From: an uncultured Gemmatimonadaceae bacterium
GTDB lineage: Bacteria; Gemmatimonadota; Gemmatimonadetes; Gemmatimonadales; Gemmatimonadaceae
Reading direction: 5' to 3'
Assembly: GCA_963790305.1 (NCBI GenBank)
Contig: CAWBOC010000007.1
Coordinates: 214,525-278,524, forward strand
DNA: 64,000 bases
In this document: piece by piece, positions 28,731 through 37,120 of the stretch
Layout of the letters: the number at the start of each line of letters is the position of its first letter
How positions within the stretch are numbered: the stretch's first letter is position 1
Position numbers and translations under genes: made by a program
Notes under the pieces: generated by a model
The model's database searches: none
Seen by the model: the letters and a program-made list of their open reading frames with translations, nothing else
Told to the model about the DNA's origin: nothing

Positions 28731-31700
28731 GTGCACGACGCGGTCACGCACTCTCACGCACCATTCGCCGGTCGATACGCGATCGAGCGAGAGCTCGGCC
28801 GCGGTGGTATGGCCACCGTGTACCGCGCCCGCGACATGCGCTACGACCGCGCGGTCGCCCTCAAGGTCCTTCATCAGGAGCTCGGCGCCTCGAAAGGGGG
28901 CGAACGGTTCGCGCGAGAGATTCGCGTCCTCGCCGGGTTGCATCACCCGCACATCCTGCCGCTCTTCGATTCCGGCGAGTACGAAGGCGCCATTTTTTAC
29001 GTCGTCCCCTGCATCGAAGGCGAATCGCTGCGACGCCGCCTCGAGCGCGAGCGTCAGCTCCCGCTCGAGGAAGCGCTGCGTATTACGCGTGAGGTCGCTG
29101 ATGCGCTCGACCATGCGCACCGCCACGGGGTCATCCACCGCGACATCAAGCCGGAGAACATCCTGCTCGAGGAAGACCACGCGATCGTGGCTGACTTCGG
29201 CGTTGCACGCGCGGTCACGCGAGCGGCAGGCGAGTCGCAGACGACCGCGGGAATGGTGGTGGGAACGCCCGCGTACATGTCGCCAGAGCAGGCGAGCGGC
29301 GACCACGATCTCGACGGGCGCAGCGATCAGTATTCACTGGCGTGCGTGCTGTACGAGATGCTCGCCGGCAGCCCTCCCTTCTCCGGCGCGACGCCGCGCG
29401 AGACGATCGCGCGACGGTTCACCGAGCCGCCGCCATCACTCCGCGGCGAGCGGGATGTTCCCGAGGCGCTCGATCGCGCGATCCGTCGTGCACTGTCGCC
29501 GGTACCGGCGGATCGCTTCCCCGAGGTGCATGCGTTCGCGAAAGCGCTGCAGGCGGCGGAATCCCCGGCGCGGCCGGCTCGGAGGGCCATGACGTTAGGC
29601 ATTCCGGCCGTGGCCGCGATCGCGCTGGCACTGGTGATCTGGTGGCCCCGGGGCGGCGGCGCAGACACCGTCGACCCTGGGCTCCACGCCGTCATCCCAT
29701 TCGATGTCGAAGGCACGGTGCCAGGCGGCCTCGACGGTGCAGCGGCGGCCCGTCATTTGGGGCGGGCCCTCGGATTCTGGCGAGACATGCGTCTCGTGGA
29801 CGGTTTGCGCACGAGCGATGCCGTTGCACAGCATGGCGCAATACGCACCTTGAGCGATGCGCTGGCGGTCGCCCGTGCGCTGGGGGCGGGGCATCTCCTG
29901 TGGGGCGACATCTGGAACCGCGGAGACACCGTCGAGGTCCGCGCGACCGTATACGATGTTCGCACCGGACGCGAGCAACGCAGCGCCTCCGTCGCCATGG
30001 GCGCGGACGTTTCCGGCATCGCCGCCGCGTTCGAGGCGTTGAGCGATTCACTCGCCCTGGGAAAGCTGCGAGACCGCACCGCCGCTCCCGCGGCGCGAAG
30101 CACGCGATTGCGCGAGGCATTCGTGTACTACGAAGCCGGGCACGACGCGCTCGCAGAGTGGGATCTCGTTAGGGCGGAGCGCGAGTTTCGCCGCGCGTCG
30201 GAGCTCGATCCAGATTTCGCGCAGGCTGCGCTCTGGGCGGCGCAGTCGATGGCCCTCCGCGGCGCAGAACCGGGGGAGTGGCGAACCACGGCGGCACGCG
30301 CCGTTGCGCGACGGGCCGTGCTGGCGCCGCGCGAGGCGCTCCAGGCCGCCGGTCTGCTCGCGTTGGCCGAGCATCGCTTCCCGGCCGCCTGCGACCAATA
30401 TCGATCGATGCTGGCGCGCGACTCACTGGACTTCACCGCCTGGCATGGTCTCGCCAACTGCCAGGCGCGCGATCCGGTGGTGGAGCGCGATGCGCAGTCG
30501 CCAAGCGGCTGGCGGTTTCGGAGCAGTCTGCATGCCGGACTGGAAGCGTATCTCCGTGCCATGGAGATTCTCCCCTCGTTTCACCGCGCCGCCACGCAGT
30601 TGTCTCCGCTGTCGACCGATCTCTTCCCGGTGGAGGAGACGAGCGTCCGCACCGGCCATGCAGTGACGCCGGACAGCCAGCGGTTCGCGTCGGGCGCCGG
30701 ACTCGAAGGCGATACGCTCGCGTTCATCCCGTTTCCGATGGCCGATCTCCTCGCCGGTACGCATGATCCCTGGCCGGCGACCCACGCAGCCGCGGTGGCG
30801 TGGGCGCGGGACCGGCTGCGTCGCATCGCGGAAAGCTGGGTTCGCGCATTTCCAGGCAGCGGACCTGCGCGCGAGGTTCACGCAGCCGCCCTGGAGGTCG
30901 GTGGAGATCTCCAGCGAGCGCTGACCGAGGCACGCCAGGCGCGAGCGTTCACGTCCGACGTCATTGGGCGGACGCGCGTTGCGCATGTCGAAGTGCGGCT
31001 GCTCGTAAAGCGCGGCGAGTACGAGGCTGCTCGCCAGGTCGCCGACTCCGTGCTCTCTGCCCGATCCGACCCGAGGCAGGCCGAGGTGCACGCGCTGGCC
31101 GGCCTCGCTGCCTTGACCGGTCGCGTGCATCGCACGCGGGCGCTGCTCGAAGCCCACGCCGACGACACGACGTTTGCTTTCTGGTATGAGGGCGAGCGTG
31201 TAATCGCGCCCCGCCCTGTCGCGCGGGCCGCGCTCGCCTTGCTCGCGTACGCGTCCTTCCCCGAGCCGCGCGATAGCGCCATCGCGCTCGCTCGACGCGT
31301 GCGTCAGCTCATCGACATGTGGGTTCCCGCGGGGCGACGCGAGCGCGTGCGCGCCGCGACGATGCTGCATCCCGTGACATTCGGGCTGTGGCGCATCGAG
31401 CCCCGCTCTGTCCTGTCCATCAAGGCACCCGGTGAGCTGCACCGACTGCAACGCGCGCTCGCCGTGCGCGACACGGCCGCCGTTCGCGCGGCGGGACGGA
31501 GGCTTGCGGCAACCACGCCTGATGAGAGGCGTGGGGACGTGGATGTCGTGTACCAACAGGCGCTCGTCTTTCTGGCCGCCGGTGATACCACGACAGCAAC
31601 CCTTCTCCTCGACAATGTGCTCCGAGATCTGCCGATGAGCCCGGGCTGGCTATTGGAGGATGTGCATCGCGCCGCGGCAATTCCGTCGGCGATGGTGACG

Positions 31701-31841
31701 CGAGCCCTGCTCGCGGCACGAGCAGGCGACACGACGACGGCTCGACCAGTGGCCCGCGCGGCGCTGGTGTTATGGAGGAATAGTGATCCGGAGCTGCGAC
31801 CGGCCTTCCACGCTCTTCCAGCGATCGCAGCGCCGCAGTAG
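28731..31841 (+). CDS. Hanks-type Ser/Thr kinase with TM helix and TPR-like extracytoplasmic region
   Basis: GRGGMA, HRDIKPEN, DFG, GTPAYMSPEQ. Confidence 0.9.
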   Translation: MHDAVTHSHAPFAGRYAIERELGRGGMATVYRARDMRYDRAVALKVLHQELGASKGGERFAREIRVLAGLHHPHILPLFDSGEYEGAIFYVVPCIEGESLRRRLERERQLPLEEALRITREVADALDHAHRHGVIHRDIKPENILLEEDHAIVADFGVARAVTRAAGESQTTAGMVVGTPAYMSPEQASGDHDLDGRSDQYSLACVLYEMLAGSPPFSGATPRETIARRFTEPPPSLRGERDVPEALDRAIRRALSPVPADRFPEVHAFAKALQAAESPARPARRAMTLGIPAVAAIALALVIWWPRGGGADTVDPGLHAVIPFDVEGTVPGGLDGAAAARHLGRALGFWRDMRLVDGLRTSDAVAQHGAIRTLSDALAVARALGAGHLLWGDIWNRGDTVEVRATVYDVRTGREQRSASVAMGADVSGIAAAFEALSDSLALGKLRDRTAAPAARSTRLREAFVYYEAGHDALAEWDLVRAEREFRRASELDPDFAQAALWAAQSMALRGAEPGEWRTTAARAVARRAVLAPREALQAAGLLALAEHRFPAACDQYRSMLARDSLDFTAWHGLANCQARDPVVERDAQSPSGWRFRSSLHAGLEAYLRAMEILPSFHRAATQLSPLSTDLFPVEETSVRTGHAVTPDSQRFASGAGLEGDTLAFIPFPMADLLAGTHDPWPATHAAAVAWARDRLRRIAESWVRAFPGSGPAREVHAAALEVGGDLQRALTEARQARAFTSDVIGRTRVAHVEVRLLVKRGEYEAARQVADSVLSARSDPRQAEVHALAGLAALTGRVHRTRALLEAHADDTTFAFWYEGERVIAPRPVARAALALLAYASFPEPRDSAIALARRVRQLIDMWVPAGRRERVRAATMLHPVTFGLWRIEPRSVLSIKAPGELHRLQRALAVRDTAAVRAAGRRLAATTPDERRGDVDVVYQQALVFLAAGDTTTATLLLDNVLRDLPMSPGWLLEDVHRAAAIPSAMVTRALLAARAGDTTTARPVARAALVLWRNSDPELRPAFHALPAIAAPQ

Positions 31842-31893
31842 CGATTCGAAGGGACCTGTCCCACCTCACAACGGTCTTCGACGAGGAGGTTTT

Positions 31894-32481
31894 GTGCCCT
31901 GCATCGCCGCACCTGTCGCACTACGCCGGAGTCTTGCCAGCCTGATTGGGACTGTTCTCGCGATCGGGGTCCATGGGTGCGGAGGAGAGTCGGCTCTGAT
32001 GATCGCTGCCAGCGCGTGCGCGCCGCCCGCCGGGATCGCGGCCAGCTCCCGGAGCAGTCTCGTGGACTGGGCAGACGGGATATCGTACGCGTCGGGCGAT
32101 ACGGCGCTCGCCTACGTGTACGGTTTCTCGGCGAGCGACTCGGTGATCATCCAGGCAGTCGATAGTGCGGACGCTGGTACACCGGCCGGATGCATCATGG
32201 CGCGACTGACGAGCGGGGTAGCGCGGCCGGCGTCGGGCATCGGCGCTGGAAGAACCTACGTCTGGATCGACAGCATAACGAGTGGATACCGAGCGGTGCT
32301 GATCCCCGAGGATAGCTCGGTCGCGATGACCGTCCACCCGCTCACCGTACACTCGCACCTTCCCGGAGACCCTCCGCCGCCCACCATCGGTACGTTGGGT
32401 TTTTGCGGATATTGCGATTACACCGCGAAGCGGTGGTGTCGCGGCGGTCTGGATAGCGTCTCGACGACGGAGCTGCGCTAG
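31894..32481 (+). CDS. hypothetical Cys-containing lipoprotein
   Basis: GAGGAGG RBS before GTG; VHGC lipobox-like; C-terminal CGYC...WC. Confidence 0.5.
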   Translation: MPCIAAPVALRRSLASLIGTVLAIGVHGCGGESALMIAASACAPPAGIAASSRSSLVDWADGISYASGDTALAYVYGFSASDSVIIQAVDSADAGTPAGCIMARLTSGVARPASGIGAGRTYVWIDSITSGYRAVLIPEDSSVAMTVHPLTVHSHLPGDPPPPTIGTLGFCGYCDYTAKRWCRGGLDSVSTTELR

Positions 32482-32546
32482 CTCGTTGAGGCCCTGGCAA
32501 GCGCGTTAAGCATGTCACTGAGGCTGCAAATTGGTGCGTCTTGCAT

Positions 32547-32565
32547 CTTCGGTATATGTTCGGTA
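32547..32565 (+). promoter_or_regulatory. candidate SOS/LexA box
   Basis: CTTCGGTATATGTTCGGTA directly after a TTGCAT -35-like hexamer. Confidence 0.6.
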
Positions 32566-32591
32566 TATAAGTTGCCCCGCTTCTTTCTCCC

Positions 32592-33679
32592 ATGACTTTC
32601 GCCCAGACCCCTCTCTTCTCGGCCGCCTACGAGCGCTCCTCCCGCCAGCTCCCCGTCCTTGGCGAGCAGCGAGACATCGCCTACGTGGGCACGCGGGCGA
32701 AGAACGTCCTCAACGGTCCGGAAGTCACGAAGATGGGGTACTGGTCGATCAACCCCTACATCGGCTGCGCGTTCGGGTGCACCTACTGCTACGCCCGGTA
32801 CGCGCACCGCTACGTGATGGAGCGCTCCGTCACCGCCAATGTGCTGACGGAGGACGTTAGGCAGTCCGCCGCCGCCATGCCCGCCGTGGCTCGCCTTCGA
32901 GCGGCGGATCTTCGTCAAGCAGAACGCCGCCGAGGTGCTCGCGCGTACGCTGCGGCACGGGAGCGACAAGCATCTGCGGCTGCATCCAGGGCGAGACGAT
33001 CCTCATCGGCACTGCGACGGATCCGTATCAACCCGCCGAACGTCGCTATCGCGTGACGCGCGGTATCCTGGAGGTGCTCGCCGAGCATCCAGGGCTGGAC
33101 ATCGTCATCATCTCGAAGAGTCCGCTCGTCACTCGCGACGTCGACCTGCTGCGTCGCATCGCGCGTCACTCGTCGCTCTCGGTCCATCTCTCGCTGATCA
33201 CGCTCGATCGCGCGCTCGCGCGCCGCATCGAGCCGCGGGCACCGACGCCCGAGGCGCGGCTGCGCGCGCTCGTGCGGCTTCGTGAGTCGGGCATCGACGC
33301 CGGGATCAACTGCATGCCAGTGCTCCCCGGCATCACCGACGATCCGCGTGGCCTCGAGGCGCTGGTGAAACGGGCAGCAGAGCTGGGCGCGACCTTCGTG
33401 AGCGTCTCGTCGCTCCGGCTTCGGAAGACGGCGCAGCAGCGCTACTTCCCATTCATTGAGCGGGAGTTTCCGCATCTGGCCGCGCACTATCGCAAGGCCT
33501 ACGCGACGACCTGGCATCTGAGCGACCGCTATCGCGAGTCGTTAGGGAAATTCTTCGACAAGCTGTGCCGGAAGTACGGGGTTGAGGGTGGAATGGGGCG
33601 GAGCGATGCGGAGGAGGAGGGGGGAGCGGAGCGGACGGAGCTTCCGGCGCAGCTGGGGTTGTGGGAGGAGGGAGGCTGA
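32592..33679 (+). CDS. SplB/Rv2578c-like radical SAM DNA repair protein; two +1 frameshifts (about 32880 and 32980)
   Basis: NPYIGCAFGCTYCYARY; intervening frames give W.AFERRIFVKQN and IGTATDPYQPAE; IEPRAPTP..RL. Confidence 0.85.
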
Positions 33680-33680
33680 A

Positions 33681-33767
33681 GTGATCCAGGTTGTCGAGGT
33701 CGTCGAGGTTATCGAGGAACAAACCATTCACCTCGACTACCTCGATTACTTCGACGACCTGGATCAC
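33681..33767. repeat. family A hairpin (empty copy)
   Basis: GTGATCCAGG...CCTGGATCAC, 4 units per arm. Confidence 0.9.
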
Positions 33768-33801
33768 CTGGGTGGGATGACCTTGGGGCGGAGGTGGGGA
33801 G

Positions 33802-35070
33802 ATGCTGACGCTAGAGCAGAAGCTCGACATTCTGATGACGCTCGCGACCGACGATCAGGACGGTCCACCGGGATCACAGACACTGCCGCCGAGGCTGCGG
33901 CACACGAAAGAGGTCGGCGCACTGCGGCCGCTCAACATTCGCACCGTGCGTCCAGGGAACGGGATGCGAGTCCCGCTGCTGCGCATCCTCATGACCAACG
34001 CGTGCAGCTACAACTGTCACTACTGCCCCATGCGACGGGATCGAAAGCTCCCGCGCACGCTCCTCAAGCCCGAAGAGCTCGTTAGGATCTTCCTCGGCGC
34101 CCACCGCCGCGGGTGGTGTGAGGGGCTGTTCATCACCACCGGGATTCCCGGACGGCCGGTGAAGGTGATGGATGATCTCATCACGGTGCTCGAGCTTCTG
34201 CGCGAGCGGCACAGCTTCGCCGGCTACATCCACGTCAAGATGGTGCCGGGCGCCGAAGCCGCGCAGGTGGAACGGCTCACCTCGCTGGCGAGCCGCGTCT
34301 CGCTCAATCTCGAGGCGCCGTGCGGCGCGAGCCTGGCGCAGATCGCGCCCGACAAGAATTTCGACGTCACTGTCGCCGGCCTCGAGCAGGTGCGCGCGCT
34401 GGTGACGCTCGAGCGGGCAGCGCGGCAGGAGGGTAAGCCGCGCGATCCGATTCATCCCGGCGGCACGGCGGGAATGACGATGCAGTTCGTCGTCGGCGCG
34501 ACGCCCGACTCCGATCGCAGCATACTCACCAAGGTCACCGAGCTGTATTCCGGTGGCGGCATTCACCACGCGCACTTCAGCGCGTTCCGCCCCATCAGCG
34601 AGACACCAATGGAGAACGTGCGCGGCACGCCAGCGCTGCGCGAGCACCGGCTCTATCAGGCCGACTGGCTGCTTCGGCGCTACGGCTTCGAGCGCGGTGA
34701 GGTGGTCTACGACGAGGGCGGCAATCTGCCGCTCGGCATCGATCCGAAGGCAGCGTGGGCGTTGCGCAACGTGGAGCGATTCCCCGTGGAGGTACGCACC
34801 GCGTCGTACGACACGCTCCTCCGCGTGCCGGGAATCGGGCCGGGGACGGCGCGCCGCATCGTGGCCGAGCGCGGCACGGCGGTGCTGCGCGGCCTCGCCG
34901 ATCTCCGCAAGCTCGGTGTGCTCACCTCGCGCGCGGCGGGATTCATCACGTTAGGCGGACGCCGGCTGCAGGATGTGCGATGGAGCGAGCAGCTGGGATT
35001 CTGGCAGCCGGAAGAGGAAGCGGGCGCCTATCAGCTCGTCTATGACGTAAGTCCGGGCACGTTCAGGTAG
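33802..35070 (+). CDS. putative DNA modification/repair radical SAM protein with HhH motif (TIGR03916-like)
   Basis: TNACSYNCHYC, YIHVK..PGA, REHRLYQADWLLRRYGF, LLRVPGIG. Confidence 0.9.
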   Translation: MLTLEQKLDILMTLATDDQDGPPGSQTLPPRLRHTKEVGALRPLNIRTVRPGNGMRVPLLRILMTNACSYNCHYCPMRRDRKLPRTLLKPEELVRIFLGAHRRGWCEGLFITTGIPGRPVKVMDDLITVLELLRERHSFAGYIHVKMVPGAEAAQVERLTSLASRVSLNLEAPCGASLAQIAPDKNFDVTVAGLEQVRALVTLERAARQEGKPRDPIHPGGTAGMTMQFVVGATPDSDRSILTKVTELYSGGGIHHAHFSAFRPISETPMENVRGTPALREHRLYQADWLLRRYGFERGEVVYDEGGNLPLGIDPKAAWALRNVERFPVEVRTASYDTLLRVPGIGPGTARRIVAERGTAVLRGLADLRKLGVLTSRAAGFITLGGRRLQDVRWSEQLGFWQPEEEAGAYQLVYDVSPGTFR

Positions 35071-35085
35071 GGTCCAGCCAGTCGC

Positions 35086-35145
35086 TTGACTGGCGGTAGC
35101 CGATTTGGTAGCATTCGGCTCCTATACTTCGGTCTTTGTTCGGTA
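35086..35145 (+). promoter_or_regulatory. sigma70 promoter followed by candidate SOS/LexA box
   Basis: TTGACT-N17-TAGCAT, then CTTCGGTCTTTGTTCGGTA at 35127-35145. Confidence 0.65.
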
Positions 35146-35154
35146 CCCTACTTC

Positions 35155-35844
35155 ATGCCCTCTTCCGTCGCCGCCCTTCGCGCGCTCGTCGAGCAGCGCT
35201 TTCCCGATGCGCTTCCCATCACGCATCGGACGACGGCGGTCGCGACCGGCATGGCCGCTCTCGACCACATTCTACCGAGCGGCGGGCTTCCGCGGGGGCG
35301 GCTGTCGGCGTGGGACTCGCAGGGAGGCGCGACGGCCATCCTGCGGGCGGCATGCCTAACGACCGTGCAAGCGGGCGAGCGCGCCGCCTGGATCGATGGA
35401 CGCGGCGCAGTGGGCGGTGTCGTGTGGGACGATGGACCCATCCTTCTCCGCCCCAGCAATCTTCCGCAGGCGCTTCGCTCCGCCGAGGAGCTGCTCCGGT
35501 CTGGGGGGTTCGGCCTCATCGTGCTCAGCGGCCTCGAGCCCGCCCGCACCGAGACGGTGCGTCTGACGCGCGCCGTTCGCGAGGGAGGCGCAGCCTTCGT
35601 CACGGTCGCGCGCGAATCCTCGATGGCAAGCCTGCGCCTGACGTCGCGCCTGCTTCCGAACGGCTATCGCTGGCGCCGCGATCCTTTCGGCGGTCCCGCC
35701 GAGGCGCAGGCCGCGGTCATTCGTGTGCACGCGCAGGCGCCGGGCTGGAACGCACACACCGATCTCTCGATCCCGATCATCCATCATGAGCTTCGTCTGT
35801 CTCTGGACGCCACGCTGGCAGACCGACGCGGCGTCCGCCGCTGA
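35155..35844 (+). CDS. imuA: ImuA-like RecA-fold protein
   Basis: TG.AALD.IL..GGLPRG, AWID, EELLRSGGF; sits before imuB-dnaE2. Confidence 0.75.
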   Translation: MPSSVAALRALVEQRFPDALPITHRTTAVATGMAALDHILPSGGLPRGRLSAWDSQGGATAILRAACLTTVQAGERAAWIDGRGAVGGVVWDDGPILLRPSNLPQALRSAEELLRSGGFGLIVLSGLEPARTETVRLTRAVREGGAAFVTVARESSMASLRLTSRLLPNGYRWRRDPFGGPAEAQAAVIRVHAQAPGWNAHTDLSIPIIHHELRLSLDATLADRRGVRR

Positions 35845-37120
35845 GCTCGCGCCAATCCTCCTGGCGTCGGTGCCGCGCGTCGCGACCGACGCGCGCGGTC
35901 GGCTGTGGGCGGATGCGCGTGGGATGAATGCGCGCGCCGTCGCCGGCGAGCTGCTCGAGTTGATGAGAGCTCGAGGGGTGATCGACGTGCGTGTGGGCGT
36001 GGCTTCGGCGCCGATCGTCGCGGAGCTGGCTGCAACGGCTGATTGCGCGCTGCCCGGAGGGCACCCGCTGATTGCTGATTGCGTATTCGTCGAGTCTGGT
36101 CGGGATGCCGAGTTTTTGGCGCCTCTGCCGATCAATGTGCTCTCGCCATCACCCAAGCTCCTTCCGTTGCTCGATGGGACCGGCATCGCCACCTGTGGTG
36201 ATTTGGCGATTCTGGATCTCGAAGCAGTCGAAGTGCGTTTCGGCATCGAGGGCGTGCGGCTCTGGCAGCTCGCGCGGGCCGATGACCGGCGGCCGATCTT
36301 CACCGAGGTGCCCCGCGAGCTCCCGCACGCGTCGGTCGAGTGGGCCGACTACACGCTCACCGATCCCGAGCGGCTCGTCTTCATCATCAATGCGCTGGCC
36401 GAGCGAGTGATCACGTCGCTCGATGAGCGAGGGGAGAGCGCGCGGGAGCTGGCGCTCGTTCTGTCGCTCGCCAATCGCGAGCAGAATACCAGCCGGATGC
36501 GCTTCACGCGGCCGACCACGAATCGCAAGAGCTGGATGCGCCAGATCCGCGCCGTCCTCGAGCGGCTGACGTTAGGCGATGCGATCACCGGCGTGCTGCT
36601 CCGGGTCGACGCGCTCGCCGCCAAGCGAAGCCCGCAGGGCGACCTGTTCGACCGCGGCTTCGCCAGCGCCGGCGCGACAGAGCAGGCGCTGGCGCAGCTC
36701 ATGGATGATCAGGGCGAGATCCTGTTCACACCGCAGCGTACCGGCCATGCGCTGCTCGATCGACGGACGCGGTGGATCGCCGAACAGCCGTCGACGCTCG
36801 TCGAGCGCAGCGGGAGCGAGGTCGGCGCCGCGCGCGCCCCTGCCCTGCCCAGCCTCACGCTGCAGCTCCTCCCCCAGCCGCAGCCCATCGCGGTCGTCAC
36901 GAGCGAGCGCCGCGATCACTGCATCCCTCTGCGCTATCGGGACGACGTCGTCTGGCATGACCTCACCGATGTCGCGGGCCCGGATCGCACCTCGGGTGGC
37001 CACTGGGAGGGAGGCTACGCGCGCGAGTATTTCCGGGGAGTCAGGGAAGATGGGGTGCTGGTGTGGTTGTTTCGAGATGCGATTGAGGAGACGTGGTTTC
37101 TTCACGGATTGTGGGATTGA
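35786..37120 (+). CDS. imuB: ImuB-like inactive Y-family polymerase
   Basis: GI.T.GDLA.L....V..RFG, QGDLF clamp motif, GPDR.SG.HW....REYF...W.L.G.WD. Confidence 0.85.
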   Translation: MSFVCLWTPRWQTDAASAAELAPILLASVPRVATDARGRLWADARGMNARAVAGELLELMRARGVIDVRVGVASAPIVAELAATADCALPGGHPLIADCVFVESGRDAEFLAPLPINVLSPSPKLLPLLDGTGIATCGDLAILDLEAVEVRFGIEGVRLWQLARADDRRPIFTEVPRELPHASVEWADYTLTDPERLVFIINALAERVITSLDERGESARELALVLSLANREQNTSRMRFTRPTTNRKSWMRQIRAVLERLTLGDAITGVLLRVDALAAKRSPQGDLFDRGFASAGATEQALAQLMDDQGEILFTPQRTGHALLDRRTRWIAEQPSTLVERSGSEVGAARAPALPSLTLQLLPQPQPIAVVTSERRDHCIPLRYRDDVVWHDLTDVAGPDRTSGGHWEGGYAREYFRGVREDGVLVWLFRDAIEETWFLHGLWD

